DNA of 64,000 bases. Origin: Candidatus Methanoperedenaceae archaeon. GTDB lineage: Archaea; Halobacteriota; Methanosarcinia; Methanosarcinales; Methanoperedenaceae. The position numbers and the translations under genes were made by a program. Positions 41,065-51,284 of the stretch are shown piece by piece. The stretch covers positions 32,001 through 96,000 of the forward strand of contig CAVWCX010000018.1 in NCBI GenBank assembly GCA_963753595.1, written 5' to 3'. The notes beneath the pieces are model-generated. The model had not been told where the DNA came from. It made no database searches and worked only from the letters and a program-made list of their open reading frames with translations. Position 1 is the stretch's first letter; each line of letters starts with the position of its first letter.

Positions 41065-41634
41065 ATGCATATAAAACCGCAAATACGGATACTTGGTATT
41101 GATGACTCCCCTTTGATAAATGAAAAAGTAATGATCATTGGAGCTTTTTTCCGTGGCGGTGAGCAGCTTGACGGGATATTGAGAGCCTATATCACAAAAG
41201 ACGGGATGGATGCTATTGATGTTTTGACCAGAATGATCAAGGAATCAAAATATTTTTCCCAGACAAGGGTTATAATGCTTGATGGCATCACTTATGCAGG
41301 ATTTAATCCCGTGGATATAACCTGCCTCTCTAAAGAAACTGGTCTGCCTGTAATTGTTTTCATGCGATCGTGCCCTGATTTTGAGAAAATTAAGCTTGCT
41401 CTGCGGCATCTTCCTGACCCTGAAAAAAGATGGGAGATAATACAGCGCGCAGGCACGATACATAAAATAGGGGAGGAAAATCCTGTTTATATCCAGTTGT
41501 GCGGTCTTGATTTGGAAAGCGCAATAAAAATAATCCGAATAACTTCAACGCACAGTAATATCCCGGAGCCGCTTCGTGTTGCACACATTATAGCGACAGG
41601 AGTTGTGCTTGGCGAATCAAAAGGCCAGGCGTGA
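41065..41634 (+). CDS. DUF99 (endonuclease V-like) protein
   Basis: RILGIDDS, DGITYAGFN, PEPLRVAH. Confidence 0.88.
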   Translation: MHIKPQIRILGIDDSPLINEKVMIIGAFFRGGEQLDGILRAYITKDGMDAIDVLTRMIKESKYFSQTRVIMLDGITYAGFNPVDITCLSKETGLPVIVFMRSCPDFEKIKLALRHLPDPEKRWEIIQRAGTIHKIGEENPVYIQLCGLDLESAIKIIRITSTHSNIPEPLRVAHIIATGVVLGESKGQA

Positions 41635-41772
41635 CTCAATGATCATTTTTTTTTCTATTCGATGACCTGAACAATTTGACAATTGGATAGAAAAAATATT
41701 TGTCATCGATAATCATGAAAAACAGCACAAGACATATATACCACTAATAATCATTAAGAATGGGTGATGAAG

Positions 41773-41937
41773 ATGAATACATTAATTCAACATGAAACTC
41801 AATATAAATGTCCCAATTGTAAACATCTAATACCGCTAAATAACGCTGATTTCATCAAAGGAATCGCAATGGTGTCGTGTGTGGGTTGCGGAAGAGATGC
41901 TTTTACTATCGAAGAAACCATGCTTGCAACAAACTAA
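41773..41937 (+). CDS. unannotated 54-aa zinc-ribbon microprotein
   Basis: GGTGA RBS; MNTLIQHETQYKCPNCKH...VSCVGCGR...*. Confidence 0.7.
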   Translation: MNTLIQHETQYKCPNCKHLIPLNNADFIKGIAMVSCVGCGRDAFTIEETMLATN

Positions 41938-42042
41938 AACTTATTTAGAGGTTGTCAAAAAGTTTGATCTTGGGGGTCATTATGAAATACTTAGAAATAA
42001 GAAACCGCAGATAAGCGTTCTATTAACACTTTCGGCAATAAT

Positions 42043-42279
42043 TTAAATCCTCTGTACATATACGTTAAAGATCTTCCCATCCTGCTTGACGGCAAGGATC
42101 TTATTTCCGGATTTTTTTGCCCATGAATCAATATTCTGTGGCGCAACCGGATCATCTGCTGTTATGAGCAGGATCTCTCCGCTTTTTAACTGCTCGACAC
42201 GTTTTTTTGTAAGTATGAGTGGATATGGGCAGCATTCACCCCGCACATCAAGTGTATCATCAGGAATAATCTCAGACAT
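42043..42279 (-). CDS. TusA-family sulfur carrier
   Basis: LDVRGECCPYP...ADDP. Confidence 0.9.
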   Translation of the reverse strand: MSEIIPDDTLDVRGECCPYPLILTKKRVEQLKSGEILLITADDPVAPQNIDSWAKKSGNKILAVKQDGKIFNVYVQRI

Positions 42280-42368
42280 AAGGTACCCAATTTGACTCAG
42301 GATTATTTAAAATTGACTGATTAATAAATCCTTATATCCTTCTTTAACAATCCTGACTCCGTGATCCC

Positions 42369-42845
42369 ATGAAACCAATAGAAAAAGCATCCGGTATCGG
42401 TGGAATGCTTACAGCATTCAGGAAACTTGCCAGGGGAAGGAAAAAAATAACATTTATCGGCTGCCCGGGCTGGTGCAACCCATTTGCAGAACTTCTTGGC
42501 TATGTTTTACGGGATGCTGGAAAAGAAATGGTATTTATCCCGAACCTGAGGAAAGACCTGGCGGCAAAGGTCAAAATGACCGATTACGGGATGCAGCTTG
42601 GTGAAAAAGCAGATCCTTCTTCGGATACTGTTGTGCTTCTCGGAGGGCTTGCCATGCCAAAAATGGAAGTGGAGGTCAATGGCTTAAATTCGATGATAGA
42701 TGAGATCACAAAAGGCCATCCTGACCGCCAGATACTGGGTATGTGTATTGGCGGGGTTTTCGAAAAAGCAGGATGGGATAAATTGATCGATTTTGATTAT
42801 CTGATGGATGCAGACATGGAAGTTGTAACTTACGGATTTAAATAA
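42369..42845 (+). CDS. DUF2124-family protein
   Basis: G.C.PFAEL.GY.LR, VLLGGLAMP, F.KAGW...IDFD. Confidence 0.8.
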   Translation: MKPIEKASGIGGMLTAFRKLARGRKKITFIGCPGWCNPFAELLGYVLRDAGKEMVFIPNLRKDLAAKVKMTDYGMQLGEKADPSSDTVVLLGGLAMPKMEVEVNGLNSMIDEITKGHPDRQILGMCIGGVFEKAGWDKLIDFDYLMDADMEVVTYGFK

Positions 42846-42875
42846 TATTAAGGTTTTCAAATACTAAATACGATC

Positions 42876-43292
42876 ATGAACAAATTAGCAAGACTTTTCA
42901 TAAAAACAAGCCTGGTGTATCTTGTCCTCGGCACCATCCTGGGTGTGCTTATCACCATTGGACCCGGATACAGTTTCATGCATTCGCATTTTGCGCTTAT
43001 TGGATGGGTATCGTTCATGCTTTTCGGGCTGGCATATGAGAGCATCCCTCGCTATACCAGCAGGGCCCTTTATAGCAGAAAACTCGGAATGATACAATTC
43101 TGGCTTGCCAATATCGGATTGATCGGCCTTTCGCTTTCGTACCCATTTATGAGAATGTATATGCTCAAAGAAAAGGATGCTTCTGATGCTGCAACAGCAG
43201 TTATGATATTTGGCTTGATAGAGGCTATTTCAGTTTTCATGTTCGTATTCAATATCTGGAAATCGATGGGTAGCACAGGTTCGTCAAAATAA
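42876..43292 (+). CDS. small 4-TM heme-copper-oxidase-subunit-I-like membrane protein
   Basis: HSHFALIGWVS..FG..Y..IPR, QFWLANIG. Confidence 0.7.
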   Translation: MNKLARLFIKTSLVYLVLGTILGVLITIGPGYSFMHSHFALIGWVSFMLFGLAYESIPRYTSRALYSRKLGMIQFWLANIGLIGLSLSYPFMRMYMLKEKDASDAATAVMIFGLIEAISVFMFVFNIWKSMGSTGSSK

Positions 43293-43318
43293 GATTTTTT
43301 GGAAATGAGGTAACTACA

Positions 43319-43831
43319 ATGGAATGGAAGCCGGATGCATTAAAAGAACTTGAAAAAGTACCTGAACATGTCCGAAGCATGGCTAAAATGGGCATAGAAA
43401 CAGCTGTCGGAAAGAAGGGGAAAAACATAGTATCGATCGAGGATGTAAATGAAGCGGCTAAGCAATTCAGGGCCATAATGGGAAAGGAAGATACAGGGTC
43501 AAAAACAACCAGAATTGCCGTCGTTAGGTGCGATATTGTTAGTGAGACCTGCCCGGGAGTTGCATGTTTTAAGGCATTCAACAAACGAAAAGTGCATTTT
43601 GAGCAATACGGGAAAGACACCGAGATCATAGGATTTTTCACATGCGGTGGATGTCCTGGCAGAAGAATTTTCAGGCTTGTGGACAGCCTCATGAAACATG
43701 ATATTGATGTAATTCACCTGAGTTCATGCATGCTTCTTGAGAAAAGCTATGCAAAGTGCCCTCATATTGAGGAAATAAAGCAGATGATATCCAATAAGGG
43801 TGTAAAGATCATAGAAGGCACACATCACTGA
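43319..43831 (+). CDS. PCP_red-like domain plus CGGC-domain protein
   Basis: MEW..DA..ELEKVP..VR N-terminus; C..CPG..C, TCGGCPG, IHLSSC..CP, GTHH. Confidence 0.8.
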   Translation: MEWKPDALKELEKVPEHVRSMAKMGIETAVGKKGKNIVSIEDVNEAAKQFRAIMGKEDTGSKTTRIAVVRCDIVSETCPGVACFKAFNKRKVHFEQYGKDTEIIGFFTCGGCPGRRIFRLVDSLMKHDIDVIHLSSCMLLEKSYAKCPHIEEIKQMISNKGVKIIEGTHH

Positions 43832-43935
43832 ACTTTCGCAACACAACTTATATCATGGAAAAACTCCTGATATAAATTGGGGTCCAGAAAGCTTTATTAT
43901 AGTTCGTAACCATACGAATGAATAAGGAGTATATT

Positions 43936-44148
43936 ATGACCATAACAAAAGATATCAAAATTGAAGAAGTAGTAACACAGTATCCGGAAACCATGATGGT
44001 ATTTATGAAGCATGGCCTGCATTGCGTGGGGTGCCATGTATCAGCGTTTGAAAGCATCGAAGATGGCGCAAATTCGCATGGGATCAATGTGGATGCGCTT
44101 GTGGCTGACCTGAATAAGGTCATCTCATCAAGAAAACAAAAGCCCTGA
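43936..44148 (+). CDS. DUF1858 (hybrid-cluster-associated redox) protein
   Basis: ITKD..I.EVV..YPET..VF...GLHCVGC...ESIE.GA..HG. Confidence 0.85.
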   Translation: MTITKDIKIEEVVTQYPETMMVFMKHGLHCVGCHVSAFESIEDGANSHGINVDALVADLNKVISSRKQKP

Positions 44149-44151
44149 AGA

Positions 44152-44991
44152 TCAAGGATAATAAGGTTCACTTTTATTCCACATATCATTAAAATGGTTT
44201 AAATATGCATCAAATACTCCTTTCTCTTTCCGGACAATTTCCAATGTCGGGGAAACTCTCCCTTTTTTGTTGAATAAATAAGGCGTCACCCTGAGAATAT
44301 TTTCATCAATGATCGTCATCGATAAGGAAGGATAGGTATCATATAATCGTATTTCAACATTTGACCTGTACTCTTCCTCAAGATTGTTAATGAAAAGTTT
44401 TTCATGATGGATCAACTGTATTATTTGACCTTTAAGATCAGTGTTGTTTTCGTCTATTTCCCTGAAATTTACATGAGTAGAATCGGGATTCAATATCAAT
44501 ATTTGTAGCGTGCAGCCTTTTTCAACAAGGGATATAAGTTGTGTCCACTCTTCACTATCAGGAAAAAAATAATAGCTCAGGGTTATTCCCAGCATTTTGA
44601 CATTTTTTTTGGTCAAATTAAGCATTTCAGAACTTCCTCCCCTCGGATAAATATTTACCAGCCCTGATTTTGTTATTGACTCATTCATCGATTTCACTTT
44701 CTCACAATGATCATTTATCATAGCCATGAAATTTGACTTTACAAACTGTGCTATAAGGTCCATCATGTTGTTGCGTAAGAAGTATTCATAAAACAGGATA
44801 GCTAAACCAATTATGATATATGCGATCCCGATTTCTTTAAGAACTTCCTCCATTATAATGGAGGTCAGGTCTTTATCCGGCGAAACAAATATGATAATTA
44901 ATGCACCCGCAATTATAATCGTAATGGAAAGAATAATAGTTTTATAAAATATTATCAATTGTGACAACTTTTCAACTATTTGTGTAGCCAT
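44152..44991 (-). CDS. 2-TM plus PLD-like (DUF5919-type) domain protein
   Basis: Two N-terminal TMs; LGITL, QILILNPDS, EIRLYD.YP..S..IID, F..MW. Confidence 0.65.
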   Translation of the reverse strand: MATQIVEKLSQLIIFYKTIILSITIIIAGALIIIFVSPDKDLTSIIMEEVLKEIGIAYIIIGLAILFYEYFLRNNMMDLIAQFVKSNFMAMINDHCEKVKSMNESITKSGLVNIYPRGGSSEMLNLTKKNVKMLGITLSYYFFPDSEEWTQLISLVEKGCTLQILILNPDSTHVNFREIDENNTDLKGQIIQLIHHEKLFINNLEEEYRSNVEIRLYDTYPSLSMTIIDENILRVTPYLFNKKGRVSPTLEIVRKEKGVFDAYLNHFNDMWNKSEPYYP

Positions 44992-45206
44992 CTATCTTTC
45001 ACTCCCCGAACGTCAAATCATGGCGGATTTGATTGATCTCCCTTAATATTATAATATAAACAGCATCATATTTTAAACTATTGTTATTGTTTTTTCCAAC
45101 TTTCTCTTTTCATATTTATTTCGTCCTTAATTTGTCTCTTCTTTCCGAAGGCGGCAAACTTCAAATGGCTGCAAATCATGCCTTAGAATGCCTTCGGGCT
45201 ATGGTG

Positions 45207-45773
45207 CTAATTTGAAGGCTTCTGTAAGGGATATTTCGCTCCGAGTAAATGCAAGACATTAACAATTAATAATATAACTATAGATATTAAAGACAAATTT
45301 AACTCTTTCTCCAAAGAAGAATTAACAATTCTTCCCATTCCATCTTTTTCTATTATATCAATGAATTCGTAACTATATAGGTTGGCATTCTTAAAGACAA
45401 AATTTTCATGAGCCACAGATAGTTCTATATTATAAAATAAATTTGATATAAATATACTATATAATATAATCGATAAAATAAGGGCTAATATATTAAAAAT
45501 TGCCAGTTTATTTTGCCTTGATTTTTTAAAAAATAAAATCTCAATACATAAAATTAATCCCATTATGACAACAGGTGAGACAATGCCAGTATAATGGTTA
45601 TTATGTTCACTAATGATTTCATATCCGATAATGCCTGCTTTTGCAGATTCAATACCTTCACTCCCTTGTACAATCGATAAGGTGCTATCCAGAACGAATA
45701 AATATATTCCCATATAAAATAGTATAAATATCAAAAAAACAATATTTATATAATTTACTTTTTTATTAATCAT
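45207..45773 (-). CDS. hypothetical membrane protein
   Basis: AT-rich, about 4 TM. Confidence 0.6.
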   Translation of the reverse strand: MINKKVNYINIVFLIFILFYMGIYLFVLDSTLSIVQGSEGIESAKAGIIGYEIISEHNNHYTGIVSPVVIMGLILCIEILFFKKSRQNKLAIFNILALILSIILYSIFISNLFYNIELSVAHENFVFKNANLYSYEFIDIIEKDGMGRIVNSSLEKELNLSLISIVILLIVNVLHLLGAKYPLQKPSN

Positions 45774-45818
45774 AATGCTTTACCATCCCAAGATTGAATA
45801 AAAATAATTTTATAAATA

Positions 45819-46151
45819 TTAGGGTGTTTTTCCTGGATAAGGCTCAATGGATGAAGTTGTTGTTATATAGGCTACAGTGCCAAACAACATTGTAATAAAG
45901 AAAAATACGACTAACAATCCAAAGGCAAAAATAATAATAGCTATACAACGTCTGTTAGCTTCTGTACTGTGTATATAAAAATAAACTCCACTTAATATTA
46001 ATCCTCCTCCGAAAAAAACCCCCAATATTAGCATAATAATAGGAAACCTAACACTTAAAACAGATAAAGCTATCACGAAAAAGAAAATTAATAGACCGAC
46101 TATCAATCCCCTGTTATTAATTCTAAAATCTTCTATTTTTACTTTTTTCAT
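45819..46151 (-). CDS. hypothetical membrane protein
   Basis: AT-rich, about 3 TM; AGGTGA RBS. Confidence 0.6.
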   Translation of the reverse strand: MKKVKIEDFRINNRGLIVGLLIFFFVIALSVLSVRFPIIMLILGVFFGGGLILSGVYFYIHSTEANRRCIAIIIFAFGLLVVFFFITMLFGTVAYITTTSSIEPYPGKTP

Positions 46152-46442
46152 TGGGAATCACCTTTATACTTCGGGCAACCTGGGTTATAAAATCCAGTTG
46201 TTAGAGTTTTTGTCTCCCCAACCTGCCAACTTTACCACTCATTTTTTTTGTACAGATTTTTTTAGCTGTACACCATCTAATTTAAAAATATGGTATATAA
46301 ATTTATTGTTTTTTCAATTTAGTGATAAAAATTACAGGAAATTTACTTAGACATATATAAAAAATATTCTAAATTTGTAAAAAATGGTTAGTTTGATGGA
46401 ATACTAATCCATAGTGCATGCGACAGATTATTTTAAAATATC

Positions 46443-47762
46443 CTAAATATTAAAACCCTGGCAATTGAGTTTTCTCTCTTTGACTTTTTCTGTTACCCTG
46501 TCTGCCATTCCACCTGTTGCAAAAACCATTACATCCAGGCCGCGAAGTGCTGCCAGCATTGCTGATTGTATCACATCGAACTCAAAATCGCATTTCAGTT
46601 CCATCTTATTCATCAGCGCTTTTGCTGATGTACCCATTGCCCCTATCTTTTGTTTCTTATTCTTATCAAGAAAAACATGGACTTTTTCTATATCTGCTGC
46701 TCTTGATCCACCTTCAATGATAGCCGGAACCCTGATCACTGTGATTATTCCGTCATGATGCTGCAAATTCCCCACAACATCCTTTACTGCAATATCTTCA
46801 CCCATATCCCCATCAAACATCGCAATTCCCGTCACACCATTTGAACCTTTGTCTGCGACAAGCATCCCATCCCTGATCTCAAGTGATACTTTATCTCCTG
46901 CCTTAAGGTCACATCCTGCGATCGCACACCTGATATTCAATACCTTTACACTTTCCATAGATTCCATAAAGTCAAGAACAGAAAGCGGAACTTCTCCTTT
47001 TGAAATTCCTCTTGCCCTGAATTCACGATAGGTCTGGACTATCACAGGCTGCCTTAACCCGGCTTCTGAGATGAGTTTTTCTTCTGAAAAAATATGCTTT
47101 GGGATGCCTGACCTGAAAACTTTTCCTTTGTTAAGTATGTAAATGCGGTCTGCCCAGGAAGCTGCAAGATCAGTTTCATGAGTGGAAATAATAATAGTTT
47201 TTCCTTCATTGTTCAGCTCATCAAGTATTCCCAGAGTATCGTTGATCCCTCCCGCATCCATGCCAGATGTCGGTTCATCAAGAACAAGGACATCCGGTTC
47301 CATTGCAACAACTCCTGCAATCGCTACCCTTTTCTTCTGTCCGGCGCTCAGGTTGGCTGGATTTTTTTTGGATAGTGCCTCGATATCAAATCTATGCAAC
47401 ACATAAGAAACACGTTCTTTGACCTCATCCGGGGATAATCTTAAGTTCCGGGGACCAAATGCAATATCTTCAAACACGGAAGGCGCAAATAACTGGTTAT
47501 CGGACTCCTGGAAAACAAGACCTACCCTTCTTCTTACCTCATCTATATCGGTTTTATTTATATCCTCACCGAATATCCTGACTTCGCCTTTTGCCGGCTT
47601 TATCAGGCCATTAAAATGATAGAATAAGGTGGTTTTCCCGCTGCCATTCGGGCCAAGAACCGCTACTTTCTCCCCGGCTTTTGCCTCAAAATTCACACCC
47701 GACAGGGCCGGTGTCCCATCCGCATAAATATACTCAAGTCCGATCGTCTGGATAGCTATCAT
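46443..47762 (-). CDS. cbiO: Co/Ni ECF transporter ATPase CbiO with C-terminal extension
   Basis: GPNGSGKTT, LSAGQKKR, LDEPT. Confidence 0.88.
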   Translation of the reverse strand: MIAIQTIGLEYIYADGTPALSGVNFEAKAGEKVAVLGPNGSGKTTLFYHFNGLIKPAKGEVRIFGEDINKTDIDEVRRRVGLVFQESDNQLFAPSVFEDIAFGPRNLRLSPDEVKERVSYVLHRFDIEALSKKNPANLSAGQKKRVAIAGVVAMEPDVLVLDEPTSGMDAGGINDTLGILDELNNEGKTIIISTHETDLAASWADRIYILNKGKVFRSGIPKHIFSEEKLISEAGLRQPVIVQTYREFRARGISKGEVPLSVLDFMESMESVKVLNIRCAIAGCDLKAGDKVSLEIRDGMLVADKGSNGVTGIAMFDGDMGEDIAVKDVVGNLQHHDGIITVIRVPAIIEGGSRAADIEKVHVFLDKNKKQKIGAMGTSAKALMNKMELKCDFEFDVIQSAMLAALRGLDVMVFATGGMADRVTEKVKERKLNCQGFNI

Positions 47763-47768
47763 ATTATC

Positions 47769-48602
47769 TCACAACATCCTGTCTATTCCAAGAAGTATCA
47801 TGATCCCGGATGCAAAAACAAATCCCATGAGCAGATCCTTCTGATCCAATGGCTGATGACTTACAAAACTCCGATCATGTTTCCAACCCCGTGATAACAT
47901 GGCCCTATAGACCAGTTCTGCCCGGACTAGCGCCCTTGTAATTAGCGCTCCTGTTATTGAGGCAACATCATGCATTTTACTACTGAATCCTGAGCGTTTT
48001 GAAAAACCGCATCGTGATTCCTGTGCCCATTTCATTTTTTTTGCTTCAGTTGAAAATGCTTTAATGTACCTGCTCATCAGTGAAGAAATATCAAGCATGG
48101 TACCCGGAACCCTGTACCAGCGCATTGTTTCTATGATCTCATTTTCAGAAGTGTTTGACAAAAGAAGGATTGACAGGGAAGCCGCCGCTATCACTCTTGC
48201 AAATATGAGGGATCCGGAATCTAACCCTTCGGCGTATAATGGAATAATTCCATAATATATCTTATTTGTTCCATAGGTCAAAGCCTGGATCACGACAATA
48301 AAAAAAGCCAGGATGACGGGGAAGATCATTTTACGGCCAAAATTTTGAAATATTCTTGATTTTAACGCAAAAAGAGTACAGATGACTGTAATTCCTATTG
48401 GAAAATACCAGTGTTTCATCAGTGTAATTGAAATTATCAGGATGAACAAAAAGAGGATTTTTATCCTGGGATCTATTAACTTTCCTTTAGTGCAGGATGC
48501 AGCTCTTTTTTTCCTTAGATGCCTGCCAATAATTACCGATATGAAAAAAGTGATCGTTATTATTATCCCGTTTAACGGGTCAGTGGTAAGCCATTCAAGC
48601 AT
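47769..48602 (-). CDS. cbiQ: Co/Ni ECF transporter T component
   Basis: IDPRIK, AQESRCG, AMLSRG. Confidence 0.85.
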   Translation of the reverse strand: MLEWLTTDPLNGIIITITFFISVIIGRHLRKKRAASCTKGKLIDPRIKILFLFILIISITLMKHWYFPIGITVICTLFALKSRIFQNFGRKMIFPVILAFFIVVIQALTYGTNKIYYGIIPLYAEGLDSGSLIFARVIAAASLSILLLSNTSENEIIETMRWYRVPGTMLDISSLMSRYIKAFSTEAKKMKWAQESRCGFSKRSGFSSKMHDVASITGALITRALVRAELVYRAMLSRGWKHDRSFVSHQPLDQKDLLMGFVFASGIMILLGIDRML

Positions 48603-49516
48603 CAGGTTTTCCTCCTCAATTCACTCCAGAAATATCCTGTAAAGAGGCCGCCTGTTATACCCACCAGGGCAAAACCCAGTGGTTCTCCAAGGATAGACAT
48701 TAATCTAACACCGATCCCGCCTGGTGATGCAGCGGGTGCGGCCATTCCTTCAACAGTACTATCAATTCCTGCCATATTTGCACCGCCTAGATATCCGATA
48801 TACGCACCGACCACAATAATTGAAGTAATTGAAACCATAAGCAACAGGGCGGTTCTTGTGAATCGGCCTGACGGGCAGCTTGATGAGATATTTTCTAAGC
48901 CTTTTGTTTCTGATATGTATTTTATAACATAAGCGGTGAATGCGAATTCAGCAAATGCCAGAGGGAGTTGTGTGGGAATAAATCCAAGTGAATATAATTT
49001 CCAGTAATACATGACATCCCCCGGATTCAGGGAAAGGGCAAGCTGCAAAGCCGTTGTCATATAAGTAAGGATACTTCCGGCAAAGCCTGCCATTCCTGCA
49101 GAAAACCATAATGGAGAGATGTTTTTGAGAAGCCTGTAAACAAAATAGCCTCCAAAAGCCCCCGCTATCCCCATTGAAAAAGTATTTGCACCGATGGTGG
49201 TAAGCCCGCCATGAGCAATAAAGGCCTGGAAGAACAGCGCTATTGCGCTTATTACCACAGTTGCCAGAGGGCCAATGATGATGGAAGCAAGTGGCGTTCC
49301 TACGGGATGGGATGAAGAACCCGTAACCGGAACAGGGATATGCCAGACAGAAATTACAAAAACCACAGCGCCTATCAGGGACAACCGCGGGAGATATACA
49401 GGATCAACTTTAATGCGCTTATTGATTATCCGAAGGCCCAGCGCAATAAATAAGACAGATATCGCATACCAGAAAAAAATCCATTTTGGCTCCAGAATCC
49501 CGTCTGAGATATGCAT
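48602..49516 (-). CDS. cbiM: Co/Ni ECF S component CbiM fused to a CbiN-like domain
   Basis: MHISDG N-terminus, GSSSHP.G, AHGGLTT.GAN. Confidence 0.9.
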   Translation of the reverse strand: MHISDGILEPKWIFFWYAISVLFIALGLRIINKRIKVDPVYLPRLSLIGAVVFVISVWHIPVPVTGSSSHPVGTPLASIIIGPLATVVISAIALFFQAFIAHGGLTTIGANTFSMGIAGAFGGYFVYRLLKNISPLWFSAGMAGFAGSILTYMTTALQLALSLNPGDVMYYWKLYSLGFIPTQLPLAFAEFAFTAYVIKYISETKGLENISSSCPSGRFTRTALLLMVSITSIIVVGAYIGYLGGANMAGIDSTVEGMAAPAASPGGIGVRLMSILGEPLGFALVGITGGLFTGYFWSELRRKT

Positions 49517-49528
49517 GTCAGCTCCTTA

Positions 49529-49564
49529 ATCAAGTAAATTTGTTTTCACTAAAGTTTACTTGAT
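49529..49564. promoter_or_regulatory. palindromic operator upstream of cbiM
   Basis: ATCAAGTAAA-N16-TTTACTTGAT, overlapping a minus-strand TTTATA box. Confidence 0.6.
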
Positions 49565-49700
49565 ATAAATAGTTGGTGATTATTGGATATCGTTTCAAAT
49601 CGTGCTGGTAGTCTAAAGTGCAATAGAATAACTACATGCCCATACATATCCTAAACAAGACATTTATATAAGCGCATGGTTAATTATATATTGAATTATC

Positions 49701-49949
49701 ATGCAAAAAGAAATTTTCAAGCGCATCGTATACGACCCCAATATTCTCGGAGGAAAACCAGTTATTAAAGGAACTCGCATATCTGTAGAGCTACTGCTGG
49801 AACTGCTGGCAAATAACTGGACCCATGAAGAGATAATGGAGAACTATCCCCATATCAAAAAAGAGGATATCCTTGCAGCTTTAGAGTATTCACTCTTGCT
49901 CCTGAAAGAAGAACATATTTATATAATTCCCGAAAAGGCTACTGCTTGA
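49701..49949 (+). CDS. DUF433 antitoxin
   Basis: DPNILGGKPVIKGTRISVE...YP...EDI.AAL.Y. Confidence 0.9.
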   Translation: MQKEIFKRIVYDPNILGGKPVIKGTRISVELLLELLANNWTHEEIMENYPHIKKEDILAALEYSLLLLKEEHIYIIPEKATA

Positions 49950-50320
49950 ACAATTTACTCACCTTTTTGGCTGACGAGAACATCCCCTTCTATGTAGTTA
50001 AACAACTCCGGAATGAAGGATTTAAGATAATATCGGTTGTGGAGGAGTTCGCAGGATCGAGTGATGAGAAGATACTGGAAATATCTTCAAGAAATAAGTG
50101 GGTGATAATCACATTCGATAAAGATTTTGGAGAGCTGATATATAAGGAGAAATCTGATAAACCAGCCGGAATTATTCTCTTGCGAGTGATCCCTAAATCG
50201 CCTGCGTATATATTGCAAGTATTAAAATGGCTTTTATTAGAGAAAAAACTCTCATTTGTAGGAAATTTCGTAGTTGTAAATAAAGATAAAGTTAGAACCA
50301 TAAAAATCAGTGATTTTTAA
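49946..50320 (+). CDS. DUF5615 PIN-like toxin
   Basis: FLADENIP, SDEKI, ITFDKDFG. Confidence 0.88.
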   Translation: MNNLLTFLADENIPFYVVKQLRNEGFKIISVVEEFAGSSDEKILEISSRNKWVIITFDKDFGELIYKEKSDKPAGIILLRVIPKSPAYILQVLKWLLLEKKLSFVGNFVVVNKDKVRTIKISDF

Positions 50321-50483
50321 TTAATTGGGAGTATAACCTTATACGACAAAGCACACGATAGTTCCCTATATTTGTAAATTATGTTATGGCTCCCGCGCAT
50401 AAAACTACTTGTTGCATGCTGTACAATGGAATCGATTGGTACAATAAGAAGCCCTGACTGGCAACATACCACTCAGTACTGCG

Positions 50484-51161
50484 CTATGCAATTAACACAG
50501 AGATTATTCCTGTCAGGAATATCCCATCAAATGTCCCTGCCCCGCCAATTGAAGCCATTTGCGTCCCAAGGCCCGGGATCTTTTTCAAATTTAACAGGTC
50601 AGCTCCAATAAGGCAGCCAAGCGTCCCTGAAATATATGCGAGGATGGGTGCATTTTGAGGAGAGATCAATAGAGCAAGACCGGCAGCTGCGATAGGGGGA
50701 AGTAATGCGGGAACAGCTATTCCCAATCCTTTCACAGGTCTTGCTATCATATGGATAAAAACAGTCATAATAAATACCCCGATCAGTACTTCAAACGGGT
50801 TAACCATAGTTATTAGGAAACCGGATACCAGTACTGGAATTACAGCTCCCCCCAGGTTTACCGCTATGATTGTTCGATGCTCTACTTCAACAGGCGGAAT
50901 CACATACCTGATCCAATAGAGATCTATGACCCTGCCTGATACGACTGGTTCGTGTGATATAATCTCCTTGACAGGGATATTAACATGGCTGCCTATCAAC
51001 GGACAAGAATAAGAGAAGAACTGAATACAGGGGAGGGAAACCAAGTTTTCTGAAAGCTAAACCAATGAGGTCGACGCTTATGAGAATAAAAACAATTCCA
51101 AGTATCAAAAATAGCAGTACTGTAAATGAAGTTGTTATCCTCTGGTTGACAAGACGGACAT
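50484..51161 (-). pseudogene. DUF1614 membrane protein, frameshifted
   Basis: AVNLGGAVIP, IGADLL, SIGGAGTFDGIFL; 5' part (AFRKLGF) in another frame with a shift near 51000. Confidence 0.75.
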
Positions 51162-51284
51162 CTTAGACCTGTATAAATGCTTTATTTAATAAACTAACTG
51201 ATTCTTTTTTCATGGCATATATAAAGAGATGCTGCAAAAACATGCCAATAATGCTTAAATATGATACGGCTATTATATTATTAA

